A stretch of 32,000 nucleotides of DNA from Acaryochloris marina S15 (GCF_018336915.1 NZ_CP064923.1:3120001-3152000), one strand, 5' to 3'; counted from the stretch's first letter, positions 1 through 8,318 are shown. Notes: generated by a model from the sequence alone, not told the origin. Program-made: numbers and translations.

Positions 1-1264
1 GCTCTCGCATATTGGTTTCATAGGCTAAGCCAATGACTCCCCTTGGAGTATCATTTGCAGGTGCTTTAAAGACACCTCTTGACTCATCTGTCCGACACCA
101 AATCCCCATCATATGCCCGCAGGGCGGCACCATAATCGGGCGTCCACCATTGCGAGGATTCGCGACTTTTATCCAGGGATAATAGATAGCCCCAAACATA
201 GAGCGGCGATTAAATTCATTCAGCCATTGAGCGACATGCTGGGGGCGCTGTTGTTCTGGGGGAACCGCAGTATTATCATTTTTGCCAATTTTGACAGGAG
301 GTGGATCAAGGACGGCCATCCGGTAAGCAGGGCCCGGAAAGGAATTCTCGCATAGGCTGACCATCATTTCCATGACTCCATGCACCTGATCCAGATCGAG
401 CAGGCCATTTTGATAGGCACGCATCAAGTCAGGACAGGCAATCATAGCCACTTCATCAATCTCGAATATGCCCTGCATGCCGGTGCGGTCATCCCGCTGC
501 CCCTGCAAATCACGAGGGAATCTTTCAGGCGTAGAGATTTGAGGCGGGGGGGTGATTTCAAAGGCTCCATTGGCTGGCCGACGAGATAGCGCTTGCCCAG
601 ACTGAGAGAGGTTCGCAACCGTGACGAATTCAGATTCTTCCAAAGCCGTGACGACATAGTCAGCAACAGCCGTGTCAACATCGGGATTCATGGTCAGGTA
701 TTCATACTTCTCTAGCTGTTCTCCACCCTGCCTAACGACAACGGTAAAGTATTCACCAGAGTTGAGAGGAGGCTCTTCATCGTCCTCCACTGGCTTGGGC
801 GCGCTCTCAAAGATAGCAACTTGAATCCGTGCATCTCCGGATGGAAGTGCGGGAGTATCCCCAGAGGCTTCTGGAAGCTTTAGACTAAATTTTAAGGAGG
901 GTCGGCCACTAAAAGTGGGTAATAAAGTTCCAGCTTCTTCTGGATCTGGTGCAGCAGATCCCGGTAATTGAGTGCCAATACTCGTCACCCAACAGCGTCC
1001 ACCGCCATTCAGAAACCAGCCTTGAACAGCGAAAGGTAAGTAGGCATCAAAATCAGTAAACCCATCCGAACCGGGTTTGGCAAAAAATTCCCGATATTGA
1101 TCCCAATTGGTAATCATCATCGGCTGAAACAATTCAGCATCTCCACGCACGTCTTCAGTAAACCCGATAAATCCGGCCACACTGAGACTGACACCTTCGA
1201 TCGGGCGACTTCCTCGGTCAACTTCTTCGACATAAACGCCAGGGGCAAAATAATCCAGGGCCAT
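1..1264 (-). CDS. Contractile tail sheath protein of an eCIS / phage-tail-like particle (first 421 codons; 3' end lies beyond the left window edge)
   Basis: Absent from the supplied ORF track because it runs off the edge. Manual minus-strand translation from ATG (complement of 1262-1264, GGAGGA 8 nt upstream) is stop-free down to position 2: MALDYFAPGVYVEEVDRGSRPIEGVSLSVAGFIGFTED...FLNGGGRCWVTSIG...FEIDEVAMIACPDLM...IYYPWIKVANPRNGGRPIMVPPCGHMMGIWCRTDESRGVFKAPANDTPRGV. The N-terminal APGVY.EE and C-terminal YYPW...PP.GH..G...R.D..RGV.KAPAN are hallmark contractile-sheath motifs (Afp2-4/Pvc2-4, phage sheath family). Track ORFs 113-355, 380-589 and 442-681 are shadow frames inside it. Confidence 0.9.
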   Translation of the reverse strand, partial: MALDYFAPGVYVEEVDRGSRPIEGVSLSVAGFIGFTEDVRGDAELFQPMMITNWDQYREFFAKPGSDGFTDFDAYLPFAVQGWFLNGGGRCWVTSIGTQLPGSAAPDPEEAGTLLPTFSGRPSLKFSLKLPEASGDTPALPSGDARIQVAIFESAPKPVEDDEEPPLNSGEYFTVVVRQGGEQLEKYEYLTMNPDVDTAVADYVVTALEESEFVTVANLSQSGQALSRRPANGAFEITPPPQISTPERFPRDLQGQRDDRTGMQGIFEIDEVAMIACPDLMRAYQNGLLDLDQVHGVMEMMVSLCENSFPGPAYRMAVLDPPPVKIGKNDNTAVPPEQQRPQHVAQWLNEFNRRSMFGAIYYPWIKVANPRNGGRPIMVPPCGHMMGIWCRTDESRGVFKAPANDTPRGVIGLAYETNMRE

Positions 1265-1304
1265 TGACTAGCTTCCTCCATTCGTTACGGGGTAAAGACT
1301 TGAA

Positions 1305-1865
1305 CTACTGCATAGGCGTGCTTTCACACCAATGATTCTTACTAGGTTTGGAAAGAGCAGGCGATCGTTCGGATACAAAAAATGGAATAGTGACGACTAC
1401 GTGTAGCGCCGGACGTAAGGGAGCACCTAACGCATGCCAGAGTTCGATTGGATTCATTAACCTTCCAGTGGAAATTCTCATCGGCAAACGGCCATAGCCT
1501 TGCAAGACTGGAGATAAATATTCAATCGGCAAGAATGAATGACGGGATAAGAGCATAAGGACTTCAGAAAGCAAATGTTGCTCTCCTAAGGCAGTAAAAT
1601 CCCAGACACTGACTAAGAAGGAAATATCAAACCACTTCAATGGCTTTGTCTGTTCTGCTTCTATATCCTGAATAGACTCTTCTTCCCCAGACAAATATTG
1701 TGGGGGGCAAGAATAGCTTTCACGAACGTCGTAACAGTAAAGGTTTACCCCAACTGCCATCTCCTGATCCACTTTGGGGTGGTTGAAAAATATCTGGTCC
1801 TTAGTGATGGAGGACGTTCCGTCAGACAGGATTTCTGCCAAGGTTTGAGTGACAGCAGGAATCAT
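1305..1865 (-). CDS. DUF4255 (Pvc16 N-terminal domain) protein, short form, eCIS Afp16/Pvc16-like
   Basis: 186-aa ORF ending 40 nt upstream of the sheath start on the same strand. N-terminus MIPAVTQTLAEILSDG...AVGVNLYCYDVRESY fits the DUF4255 pattern and parallels the N-terminus of the ORF at 4509. Confidence 0.8.
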   Translation of the reverse strand: MIPAVTQTLAEILSDGTSSITKDQIFFNHPKVDQEMAVGVNLYCYDVRESYSCPPQYLSGEEESIQDIEAEQTKPLKWFDISFLVSVWDFTALGEQHLLSEVLMLLSRHSFLPIEYLSPVLQGYGRLPMRISTGRLMNPIELWHALGAPLRPALHVVVTIPFFVSERSPALSKPSKNHWCESTPMQ

Positions 1866-2204
1866 AAATGAGCGCCATGAGGAAGCACAGCTCTACAGTA
1901 AGGAGTTAGTGAAGATATCGTTATTAGACTTTGGTCGGAATTATTGTTGTCCTTAAGCTACATCGGTTATTGCGACTTAAAACAAGTATTTTTATCCTTA
2001 ACTATTGAGAAATTTAAGTGAAACAAATTATTGATCGATGCCAGTTGACGAAACCCAAAAAACGAAACATTTCTTTACTAATCTTTGAGAAAAAGTGAGG
2101 CAAAACTGAAGCGTTTTTAGCTTTAGGATCATGCCAATATAAGTAAAATAAGCCCTTCAAGGAAGCTGTCTATACTATAAAGTCGAACAACCTATTGAAA
2201 TAAA

Positions 2205-2228
2205 AGAGATAGGTCATGACCTATCTCT
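2205..2228. promoter_or_regulatory. Perfect 24-bp palindrome AGAGATAGGTCA|TGACCTATCTCT in the divergent eCIS intergenic region. It is either an operator or a minus-strand intrinsic terminator.
   Basis: Checked by hand: the reverse complement is identical to the forward sequence. On the minus strand the stem is followed by TTTATTTCAATAGG (complement of 2190-2204), which is terminator-like. It also sits centrally (about 350-400 bp from each flanking start) in the spacer next to a LuxR-HTH regulator gene. Confidence 0.5.
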
Positions 2229-2246
2229 CATGCTGATCTAAAGGAG

Positions 2247-2274
2247 AGGATAAGGAGCAAAATTTATCCTTTTT
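2247..2274 (+). terminator. Weak plus-strand hairpin plus T-tract (AGGATAA-10 nt-TTATCCT-TTTT)
   Basis: 7-bp AT-rich stem (2247-2253 / 2264-2270), 10-nt loop, then TTTTGG. It lies 19 nt from the palindrome. The stem is weak, so confidence is low. Confidence 0.3.
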
Positions 2275-2615
2275 GGAAGAAAAATAAACTAATTTCAAAA
2301 GTCTATAACTGGATTTTCTATTCCCTGAAAGCTTTTGTATTCACCCGATACAAAAACTAGCTAGCCATATATCTAGACATTTAGCAAGAGAATTGAGCAA
2401 GTTTTTCAAGGACTTAAAAAAATCTAAATACCTATGAAAATATGAATAGAAAGTCGTAGGCTGAGTCATGAGTGCAAGTGGTTTGCTTATGAGATTTATT
2501 ACTACGTGTGAACAAATAATCTGGGAGACAACTCTCTCTAGTCTTGACTCAGTTTTGGAATTTTCAATCTTAAGAGAAGCGCACACTAGTTTTACAATTA
2601 TTCGTAAATTCTGGA

Positions 2616-3806
2616 GTGGAATTGGGGGCGACCATGCAGGTTAATCAACCCTTATCATTAAAAATTGAGTCTATTGGCCTAGGGGCTTTTTCAGATTGTC
2701 GCCAGTCCTTCTCAACACTGGATTTGAATCAGCATTGCCGGGGATTTTTAGATTTAATTGTTGATTATTTATCCCTCCCCAGCGCTTGGATTTTGCGACG
2801 TGACTTGGGTAATCAACTAAAGATTGAAATGGAGAAAGACGGTTCTAAACAGCCGGGTATACTCACTGCTAGTCACAATCGCACTTCTTTAAACGCTCTC
2901 CCATCCCCTTCGAACCTATGTTCTCAATTGGTTCTCGAATCCGCTACTGGTTTTGAGAAACCGGGATTACAGCACTGGGTTTACCAAGACTGGCAAGTCT
3001 ACAGTAGTTGTCTTTGTCGGCAACAGGGTCAGTACCTTTTATTTGCCTCAAGATCCCCTTTAACGATGCCAGAACAACATTGGGTAGACCGTCAAATCCT
3101 ATTAATCAGTGACTATTTTGATCTGCATTTAGCCTTTAGCCAACAGCAAGCTGCACTCTTAGCAAAACAGCAGCATCTTCATCAAACGACCCATCAACTG
3201 GGAACTCCATTGTCACTGATCACGCTTTACGCTGATATGTTGCGAGTCAAAACACCACCCGAAAGTGGTCAAGACTATCTAGTACCCTTGCAGCAAGCCG
3301 TTAAACAACTCCATCATCATCTCCAGGAGTTAGTGGATGACGAAGCAGAAGACAGCCCCATAATAGAGCAGTGTAATTTAAGAGAGTTGGTTGCTGAGAA
3401 TATACAGGCGCTTCAACCGCGCCTGCAAAGCCAGGAGATAGAAATCCACTGTCCACAAACGTCTGAGGTCATTGGGATAGACCGTTGGCAAATGCTTCAG
3501 GTTTTCGACAATCTGCTGAGTAATGCGCTGCATTTTAGTCCTCGTGGCAGCCAGATTACCCTCACTTGGCAGCGCTTCCAAACCGAAATTTTGATCGAGG
3601 TGAGAGATCAAGGACCAGGGTTATCACCGGAAGATTTGTGCTGTATGTTTTCCCCTTATTATTCACGACGAGATGGAGGGCGAGGATTAGGGCTAGCGAT
3701 CGCACAGCAAATCGTGTGTCGTCACCGGGGTCGACTGTGGGCGTCTAATTTGCCGGAGAGTGGTGCTCAGTTTTCGATTAGTTTGCCACAAGAGTCCAAG
3801 AATTAA
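2616..3806 (+). CDS. Soluble sensor histidine kinase (GAF-like N-terminal region + HisKA + HATPase_c)
   Basis: Start is GTG 2616 or ATG 2634. No hydrophobic TM segment. H-box HQLGTPLSLITLYADML; N-box LLSNALHFSP; G1 DQGPGL; G2 GGRGLGLAIAQQIV. The N-terminal ~190 aa has no recognisable kinase motif, and its assignment as a GAF-like sensor is inferred. Confidence 0.85.
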   Translation: MELGATMQVNQPLSLKIESIGLGAFSDCRQSFSTLDLNQHCRGFLDLIVDYLSLPSAWILRRDLGNQLKIEMEKDGSKQPGILTASHNRTSLNALPSPSNLCSQLVLESATGFEKPGLQHWVYQDWQVYSSCLCRQQGQYLLFASRSPLTMPEQHWVDRQILLISDYFDLHLAFSQQQAALLAKQQHLHQTTHQLGTPLSLITLYADMLRVKTPPESGQDYLVPLQQAVKQLHHHLQELVDDEAEDSPIIEQCNLRELVAENIQALQPRLQSQEIEIHCPQTSEVIGIDRWQMLQVFDNLLSNALHFSPRGSQITLTWQRFQTEILIEVRDQGPGLSPEDLCCMFSPYYSRRDGGRGLGLAIAQQIVCRHRGRLWASNLPESGAQFSISLPQESKN

Positions 3807-3820
3807 CGTTATCGGGGGAT

Positions 3821-4504
3821 TTGACCATGGGAAGCACTCAGCCACTATCCGTCGTTTTAGCAGATGATCAACCTACTTTTCGCCAGGGATTGCGAACGTT
3901 GCTGGGGTTTTACCAAGCCCAGGAAACGTTCCAATTTCACATTGTGGGTGAGGCAGCCTCAGCCGATCAGGCGATTAGTCTGGCGTTGGAACAGCATCCG
4001 ACTTTGCTGTTTCTGGATTTGGAACTACCAAAGGATGACGGCGTTGCCGCTCTGCAACACCTACGACAGCAGAACTACACAGGTAAGATTCTCGTCATTT
4101 CAGCCCATCAGGAAGATGAATGGGTGTTCCGTGCCATGCGAGCGGGGGCCGATGGGTATGTGTTTAAGTCTCAATTAGCCATGAATTTGCATCAAGCGAT
4201 TCAAACGGTGCTGAAGAATGAGGTTTTCCTACCGCCGAATGCGGCCACTGGTTTTTTCCGGTCTTTCCATTTCTATGAAGGCCGATCTGTTCAATCGGAA
4301 CAGACCCTCCATCTGACGGCCCGGGAAAAGCAGGTACTCCATTGGCTGGTTCAAGGGGCATCGAATCAAGCGATCGCAAATCACTTACACATTACGATCG
4401 CAACGGTGAAAGCCCACCTAACCGCTGTCTTTGAAAAGCTTGAGGTTAAAAGCCGCTCCCAGGCGATTGTCAAAGCCCTGAAGTTGGGTTTGGTGAACCC
4501 TTAA
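3821..4504 (+). CDS. NarL/FixJ-family response regulator (REC + LuxR-type HTH)
   Basis: The track start is TTG 3821. ATG 3827, preceded by GGGGGA, is more likely. REC motifs: VVLADDQ, LLFLDLELPKDDG (acceptor Asp region), ISAHQ. C-terminal HTH: LTAREKQVLHWLVQGASNQAIANHLHITIATVKAHL. The gene begins about 15-20 nt after the kinase stop. Confidence 0.9.
   Translation: MTMGSTQPLSVVLADDQPTFRQGLRTLLGFYQAQETFQFHIVGEAASADQAISLALEQHPTLLFLDLELPKDDGVAALQHLRQQNYTGKILVISAHQEDEWVFRAMRAGADGYVFKSQLAMNLHQAIQTVLKNEVFLPPNAATGFFRSFHFYEGRSVQSEQTLHLTAREKQVLHWLVQGASNQAIANHLHITIATVKAHLTAVFEKLEVKSRSQAIVKALKLGLVNP
4370..4377. repeat. HIP1 octamer GCGATCGC (one example of at least 11 copies in the window)
   Basis: Exact GCGATCGC copies located by eye at 3696, 4370, 4524, 12268, 15707, 17884, 19782, 22043, 22176, 25781 and 31708 (start coordinates). 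HIP1 over-representation is a known cyanobacterial genome signature. Confidence 0.9.
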
Positions 4505-4508
4505 AGCG

Positions 4509-5816
4509 ATGAGTAACTTTCTTGCGATCGCAACCGTAACTGCGGTTCTCCAACGCACCTTGCAAGCTGCCATTCAGGAAGATGTAGAAGGAGCCAGAGT
4601 CACCACCCTGCGTCCAGCCGACATCGGTAAGGGTACTCCGGTTTCTGGAGTGAATATTTACCTCTATCAAACATCCCTGAATACAGCCTGGAACAATACC
4701 GATCATCGGGGTCGGCATCGAAATAGCGATACGGCTAAACGATCTCGAACCGCCCTCGACCTGCACTATATGATCAGCGTCTATGGCAACGAAGTGGAGC
4801 TAGAACCCCAACGCTTATTGGGCAGTGTCATCCGCTCCCTTAGCGATGCTCAGGTAGTCCGAGAAGGGATGATTCAAGACACTCTTGCAGACTCCAACTA
4901 CGAATACTTAGCCGCCTCCGATTTGTGGCAGCAGGTGGAAGAGATTAACTTTATGCCCATGGATATGTCCTTGGAAGATCTATCCAAAGTCTGGTCGGTC
5001 TTCTTTCAAACCCCCTATGCCCTCTCCATTGCCTACCGTAGTACGGTCGTCATGATCGAAGGCCAGACCCCAGCTCAAAAAGCCCTGCCTGTAGCAAGTC
5101 GAGGCTTAGCTGTAGCCCCTTTTGCTGGCCAACCCCTGATCACAGAGATAGAGGCGATGACCGGAAAATTCGAGCCGATTGTGGCAAACTCCACGCTATT
5201 AATTCGGGGCAAGCGACTGCAGGGAAACCATACGGGCATCCGCATTGGGGCTGTCGATGTGGCCCCCTCTCAAGTGAGTGAAGGAGAACTGCTGTTGCCT
5301 TTAGTCCGCTTACCCTCCCACAGCCTGCGAGCTGGAGTCCAAAGTCTACAGGTTGTCCATCAATCCCAAACGCCAGCACCAACCCGACCCGGAGCTTGGC
5401 GTTCTGCTAGAGCTGCCTTGACTGCTCCCACCCACCAAGTCGGGATGGTCTCAAATGCATCTCCCTTTCTGTTGCGGCCAACAATTACCGACTTAGCCGT
5501 CACTACCCAAGGTCAAGAAGAAGAAGCTCGATCTGCTGCCATTCAAATCACAACAGACGTTACCATCGCTAGCCAGCAGCAGGTAACCCTGATTCTCAAT
5601 GAACGCACGGTTGAACATCCAGCTGCCTATCTGTTTGAAGCTCCTCATCGAACGACCGATACTCAATCCGTCACCTTTGAAGTGGAAGATGTGAAACCAG
5701 GAGAATATTTTGTCCGCATCCAAATCGACGGGGCAGAGAGTTCGTTGAAAATCGACCCAGAAGCAACCAGTCCAACATTTGGCAGCTTTGTGAGTCCCAC
5801 AGCCCAGATTATTTGA
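4509..5816 (+). CDS. DUF4255 (Pvc16_N) protein, long form with ~240-aa beta-rich C-terminal extension
   Basis: ATG lies 4 nt after the response-regulator stop. N-terminus MSNFLAIATVTAVLQRTLQAAI...GVNIYLYQTSLN is the DUF4255 pattern. The C-terminal half (ITEIEAMTG...LLIRGKRLQG...IRIGAVDV... and ...VTFEVEDVKPGEYFVRIQIDG) reads like two Ig/IPT-type beta domains; this is inference. Confidence 0.8.
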   Translation: MSNFLAIATVTAVLQRTLQAAIQEDVEGARVTTLRPADIGKGTPVSGVNIYLYQTSLNTAWNNTDHRGRHRNSDTAKRSRTALDLHYMISVYGNEVELEPQRLLGSVIRSLSDAQVVREGMIQDTLADSNYEYLAASDLWQQVEEINFMPMDMSLEDLSKVWSVFFQTPYALSIAYRSTVVMIEGQTPAQKALPVASRGLAVAPFAGQPLITEIEAMTGKFEPIVANSTLLIRGKRLQGNHTGIRIGAVDVAPSQVSEGELLLPLVRLPSHSLRAGVQSLQVVHQSQTPAPTRPGAWRSARAALTAPTHQVGMVSNASPFLLRPTITDLAVTTQGQEEEARSAAIQITTDVTIASQQQVTLILNERTVEHPAAYLFEAPHRTTDTQSVTFEVEDVKPGEYFVRIQIDGAESSLKIDPEATSPTFGSFVSPTAQII

Positions 5817-5825
5817 GGCAACGGT

Positions 5826-6074
5826 ATGAACATCTACCATATTCAAGTTCCCAACTTAGGCTATGTCCACAAAGCCTGGCAAGACGAGCAGCCTCGTTTT
5901 TGCACCCAACCGACACTAGCCAAACAGTGGAAGACCTTAGATAAAGCCTTAGACTTTGGCAACCAATCCCTCACCCCCAAGCTTAAAACCGCCTGGGAAT
6001 TGTGGCAGATGGCAGATGGCGAACTCACCCCCGTCATCCGTACCCATCATTCTGCAAATATCCCAACCCACTGA
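5826..6074 (+). CDS. Hypothetical small protein (82 aa) in the eCIS accessory operon
   Basis: ATG lies 9 nt after the DUF4255 stop, and its stop is 3-12 nt before the next ORF. I recognise no motif. The call rests on tight operon packing and normal composition. Confidence 0.5.
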   Translation: MNIYHIQVPNLGYVHKAWQDEQPRFCTQPTLAKQWKTLDKALDFGNQSLTPKLKTAWELWQMADGELTPVIRTHHSANIPTH

Positions 6075-6077
6075 GGT

Positions 6078-6317
6078 TTGCTGAGTATGACTAATGATTC
6101 CATAGAGCCTCGGATCGACTTAGAATCGGAAGCCCTGCAATACAAAAAACTGCACGAGTTAGGCAATTGTGCCCAAGCTGCAGGATTGATCGTGGGCCAT
6201 GGTCACCACCAGGGCAAGTATGAGATTTTACGACAAGGCCAAGCCCTAATGATGACACCCAAGGAAGCCCAAGCCTTTTTGCTTGAGCTATTGCAGTCGA
6301 TTGAGGCTTCGGAGTAA
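6078..6317 (+). CDS. Hypothetical small protein (79 aa from TTG 6078, or 76 aa from ATG 6087) in the eCIS accessory operon
   Basis: The stop TAA abuts the ATPase start (GTG 6318 / ATG 6324). No recognisable motif. Track ORF 6091-6357(-) is its antisense shadow. Confidence 0.5.
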   Translation: MLSMTNDSIEPRIDLESEALQYKKLHELGNCAQAAGLIVGHGHHQGKYEILRQGQALMMTPKEAQAFLLELLQSIEASE

Positions 6318-8318
6318 GTGCCCATGCAACAGGGGGATGCCGAATGGCAGGAGGCAAATTGGCTTTACTTCACCCAGGCTTTGCAACGGGTAAAGCAAGC
6401 CCTTCTTAATCAGGGGAAACAACTCGAATCTCAGCACCCATCCCCTGAGCCGATTGCTCCATTACCCCCATCGGAACTATCTCCTCCCTCTTATTTAGAG
6501 CAAATCAGTAAAGTCTTTGACCTAACCTCCTTTGCTCAGGATGTGCTGCTGCTCTGTATCGGCATGGAACTCGATCGAGGCTGGGAATCCATTTGTGCTC
6601 TAGCTCAAGGGAATCAAAGTCGGCCCTTCCCCACCCTAGGCTTAGCCCTAACTTGTTTTGCCGGATCGGATTGGAAAGGACTGCAGACCTTTCGGACCTT
6701 GCAAGAATGGCACTTAATTGAAGTAGGAGTGGGCACGGCTTTATCGACTCGGCCCCTATGCCTTGACCCCCATTTGTTACAGGTCCTGATGGGGGATAGC
6801 GAAATTGATCCGAGATTAAAGCCCTTGACCTTACCCTTTCCCTATCCCACGGAGTTGGTTCCTTCGCACCAAACGATTGCAGACCAAATGGTGCAAATCT
6901 GGTGGCGGGCTTTTCAACTGCAACAGTCGTTTCCCATCGTCCAACTTTGCGGACCTGATGTGGTCAGCCAGCAAGGAGTAACCCTGGCTGCTTGTAAACA
7001 AATAGGGTTGTGGCCGTTTGGACTAGCTGCAGAGACTTTACCTGTTGATCAACCTGGATTGCAGCTCATCCAAAAATTACTAGAACGAGAATGGCTATTG
7101 CATCATCGAGTGCTCGTCCTGCACTGTGATGGCTTGGACGACTCCTTGAAGGACCGAGATCGAGCATTAGCAAGTTTTATCGATCGTTTGGCTCTCCCTC
7201 TTATTATTTTGAACCGAGCCCGTCGCCCTCAGCATCTACGACTGATGGTCACCCATGAGGTTAGCTCGCCCAATCCCCAGGAACAACACCAAGTTTGGGA
7301 ACAGTCGTTGGGAGAATTCACAACGCAACTGAATGGTCAAGTAGAAGCATTAGTATCCCACTTCAATCTCAGTGCCACCAAAATCCAGGAGATCAGCCAT
7401 CAATTTCGACTGCAATCCCTAGCCAATAAAACCAGTGGGGAAACTCAGACTCCCTCCTCTCCAGGTGTCGTGTTGTGGCAAGCCTGTCGTCAACAGGCCC
7501 GGCCTCGACTCGATGAGCTAGCCCAGCGAATTGAATCCAGTAGTACTTGGGAAGATTTGGTTCTACCAGAAAAAGAGCAGCAAGTTCTAAAAGATATAGC
7601 AATCCATATCCGGCAGCGTCGGCAAGTGTATGAACAGTGGGGATTTCAAGGAAAAAGTCAGCGGGGGCTGGGGATTGCAGCCCTATTTGCTGGGGCCAGC
7701 GGTACGGGTAAGACTCTAGCAGCGGAGGTGCTAGCCAATACCCTGCAGCTAGATGTATATCGGATCGATCTGAGTTCGGTAGTGAGTAAATATATTGGCG
7801 AGACGGAGAAGAATTTGCGGCGGGTGTTTGACGCGGCGGAAGGGGGCGGCGTGATTCTTCTGTTTGACGAAGCCGATGCCCTCTTCGGCAAGCGATCGGA
7901 GGTAAAGGACAGTCATGATCGCCATGCCAATATTGAAGTGAGCTATCTATTGCAGCGGATGGAAGCGTATCGCGGTTTAGCGATCTTAACCACGAATCTT
8001 AAAGGTTCTCTCGATCAAGCGTTTCTACGTCGCATTCGGTTTATTGTTCAGTTCCCATTCCCAGATGCTAAGCAGCGAGCAGAGATTTGGCAGCATATTT
8101 TCCCGCAGCAAACTCCAACGAAGGGGTTAGATGCGAAAAAGCTGGCGAAGCTGAGTGTGTCGGGAGGGAATATTCGCAATATTGCTTTGAATGCAGCTTT
8201 CTTAGCAGCGGATGAGGGACAGCCTATAGGAATGCAGCACTTGTTGCAGGCGGCCCGTAGTGAGTATGTAAAGCTGGAGCGACCCCTGACTGATGCAGAG
8301 GTAAAAGGTTGGGTTTAG
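6318..8318 (+). CDS. AAA+ ATPase, eCIS Afp15/Pvc15-type (long non-ATPase N-region + single C-terminal AAA module)
   Basis: Walker A GASGTGKT, Walker B VILLFDEADALFGKR, then SYLLQRMEAY..LAILTTN and FLRRIRFIVQFPFPD (classic AAA second region of homology and lid). About 430 aa precede the ATPase module. Sits in the same operon as DUF4255. Confidence 0.9.
   Translation: MPMQQGDAEWQEANWLYFTQALQRVKQALLNQGKQLESQHPSPEPIAPLPPSELSPPSYLEQISKVFDLTSFAQDVLLLCIGMELDRGWESICALAQGNQSRPFPTLGLALTCFAGSDWKGLQTFRTLQEWHLIEVGVGTALSTRPLCLDPHLLQVLMGDSEIDPRLKPLTLPFPYPTELVPSHQTIADQMVQIWWRAFQLQQSFPIVQLCGPDVVSQQGVTLAACKQIGLWPFGLAAETLPVDQPGLQLIQKLLEREWLLHHRVLVLHCDGLDDSLKDRDRALASFIDRLALPLIILNRARRPQHLRLMVTHEVSSPNPQEQHQVWEQSLGEFTTQLNGQVEALVSHFNLSATKIQEISHQFRLQSLANKTSGETQTPSSPGVVLWQACRQQARPRLDELAQRIESSSTWEDLVLPEKEQQVLKDIAIHIRQRRQVYEQWGFQGKSQRGLGIAALFAGASGTGKTLAAEVLANTLQLDVYRIDLSSVVSKYIGETEKNLRRVFDAAEGGGVILLFDEADALFGKRSEVKDSHDRHANIEVSYLLQRMEAYRGLAILTTNLKGSLDQAFLRRIRFIVQFPFPDAKQRAEIWQHIFPQQTPTKGLDAKKLAKLSVSGGNIRNIALNAAFLAADEGQPIGMQHLLQAARSEYVKLERPLTDAEVKGWV

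Noticed and set aside
113-681. Track ORFs 113-355(+), 380-589(+) and 442-681(-)
   Set aside because: All three lie inside the uninterrupted minus-strand sheath reading frame, whose translation carries unmistakable sheath motifs. Their own translations are Arg/Ser/His-rich shadow-frame sequences.
2341-2586. 81-aa minus-strand ORF in the eCIS spacer
   Set aside because: It is very AT-rich, has no RBS, and gives a low-complexity, Cys/Phe/Leu/Ser-heavy translation typical of random AT-rich DNA. I kept it only as a possible non-coding transcript ending at the 2205-2228 hairpin.
3378-5846. Overlapping or antisense ORFs 3378-3611(-), 3566-3748(+), 3864-4178(+), 4164-4379(-), 4470-4766(-), 5140-5382(-), 5493-5846(-)
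   Set aside because: Each is embedded in a longer ORF with clear domain motifs (kinase, regulator, DUF4255). They are alternative-frame artefacts.
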